A stretch of 64,000 nucleotides of DNA, taken from contig NC_057720.1 of assembly GCF_004010195.1 (NCBI RefSeq), positions 4,909,776 to 4,973,775 of the forward strand. Direction: 5' to 3'. Of the stretch, positions 63,001 through 64,000 are shown one piece after another. Both the position numbers and the translations under genes were made by a program. The notes under the pieces were generated by a model. The model was not told the origin of the DNA and searched no databases. It saw nothing but the letters and a program-made list of their open reading frames with translations. The stretch's first letter is position 1; every line of letters starts with the position of its first letter. The stretch comes from Chiloscyllium plagiosum. Lineage: Eukaryota.

Positions 63001-64000
63001 ATTGTTGTCAATTGTCAGGAAAAGCCCATCTGCTTCACTAATGCCATCTTTACCTGGTCTGGCCTACATGTGACTCCAGACTCTTAACTGCCCTGTGGGC
63101 AATTAGATTAGATTACTTAGTGTGAAAACAGGCCCTTCAGCCCAACAAGTCCATACTGACCTGCCGAAGAGCAACCCATCCCCCTACATTTACCCCTTCA
63201 CCTAATACTACAGGCAATTTAACATGGCCAATTCACCTAACCTGCACATTTTTGGAAACCGGAGCACCCAGAGGAAACCCACGCAGACATGGGGAGAATG
63301 TGCAAACTTCATACAGAATTGCCTGAGGCGCGAATTGAACCCGGGTCTCTGGCGCTGAGAGGCAGCAGTGCTAACCACTGTGCCACCGTGCCGCCCGGGA
63401 TGGCTAATAAATGCTGGCCTAGATACTGACATCTACATCTTTTTTAAAATGTAGTTTTTGAGGCAGTCATCCTTTGGGAGGTGGTTTATTAGTTAATTTT
63501 ATTGCAAAAGAAAGAGAACATTGGGACACTGGAGTGTTGATAGATAGGAAGCAGAGATCACTAATGCTACACTCTGAGTAAACCTTGCTTTAATATTGAC
63601 TCGTGGGAACAGATGCCAGGTTGCCCCTGGAGAAGGTGATGGTGAGCTTCCTTCTTGAACTGCTATGGTCATTATTGCCTATTGTGAGAGCTGCATTAGT
63701 CAGAGGGAAATAGGTCTGGGTGGGTTCCTCTTCGGAGGGTCAGTGTGGACTTAAGAGTCATAGAGATGTACAGCATGGAAACAGACCCTTCGGTCCAACC
63801 CGTCCATGCCGACCAGATATCCCAACCCGATCTAGTCCCACCTGCCAGTACCCGGTCCATATCCCTCCAAACCCTTCCTTATTCATATACCCATCCAAAT
63901 GCCTTTTAAATGTTGCAATTGTACCAGCCTCCATCACTTCCTCTGGCAGCTCATTCCATACATATACCACCCTCTGCGTGAAAACGTTGCCCCTTTTATA

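Noticed and set aside
58012..64000. Upstream samd13 exon(s) on the minus strand
   Set aside because: No phase-2 donor with MENKENG-like coding sequence was found by eye; the exon probably lies beyond the window.

Overview
Vertebrate genomic DNA, most likely from a shark or other elasmobranch (inferred from HE1-type V-SINEs and dense CR1 LINEs), with five N gaps that all fall inside repeats. Two host genes are arranged tail to tail. On the + strand, urate oxidase (uox) coding exons 2-8 (7994-40610) splice GT-AG in phase into an uninterrupted 293-aa frame. The catalytic residues are intact and the protein ends in the peroxisomal signal -SKL; the short first coding exon was not found and probably lies upstream of the window. 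On the - strand are the last two coding exons of the SAM-domain gene samd13 (58011-57900 and 48491-48348). Most of the remainder is retroelement debris: CR1 LINEs (one nearly full length with an esterase ORF1), a second CR1/L2-type LINE, an RTE fragment, V-SINEs and Penelope-like elements (PLEs; GIY-YIG and YIDD RT remnants). The most notable signal is that PLE termini of two sequence families carry minimal type-I hammerhead ribozyme motifs: CUGANGA, an extra A, stem II, GAAA and a palindromic 4-nt stem III (ACGU or AGCU). These occur as fold-back insertions with 10-17 bp target-site duplications (TSDs). One duplicated a uox AATAAA signal, and another carries an internal copy of its own pre-insertion target site. 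Repeat boundaries are approximate; exon and TSD coordinates were counted by hand.
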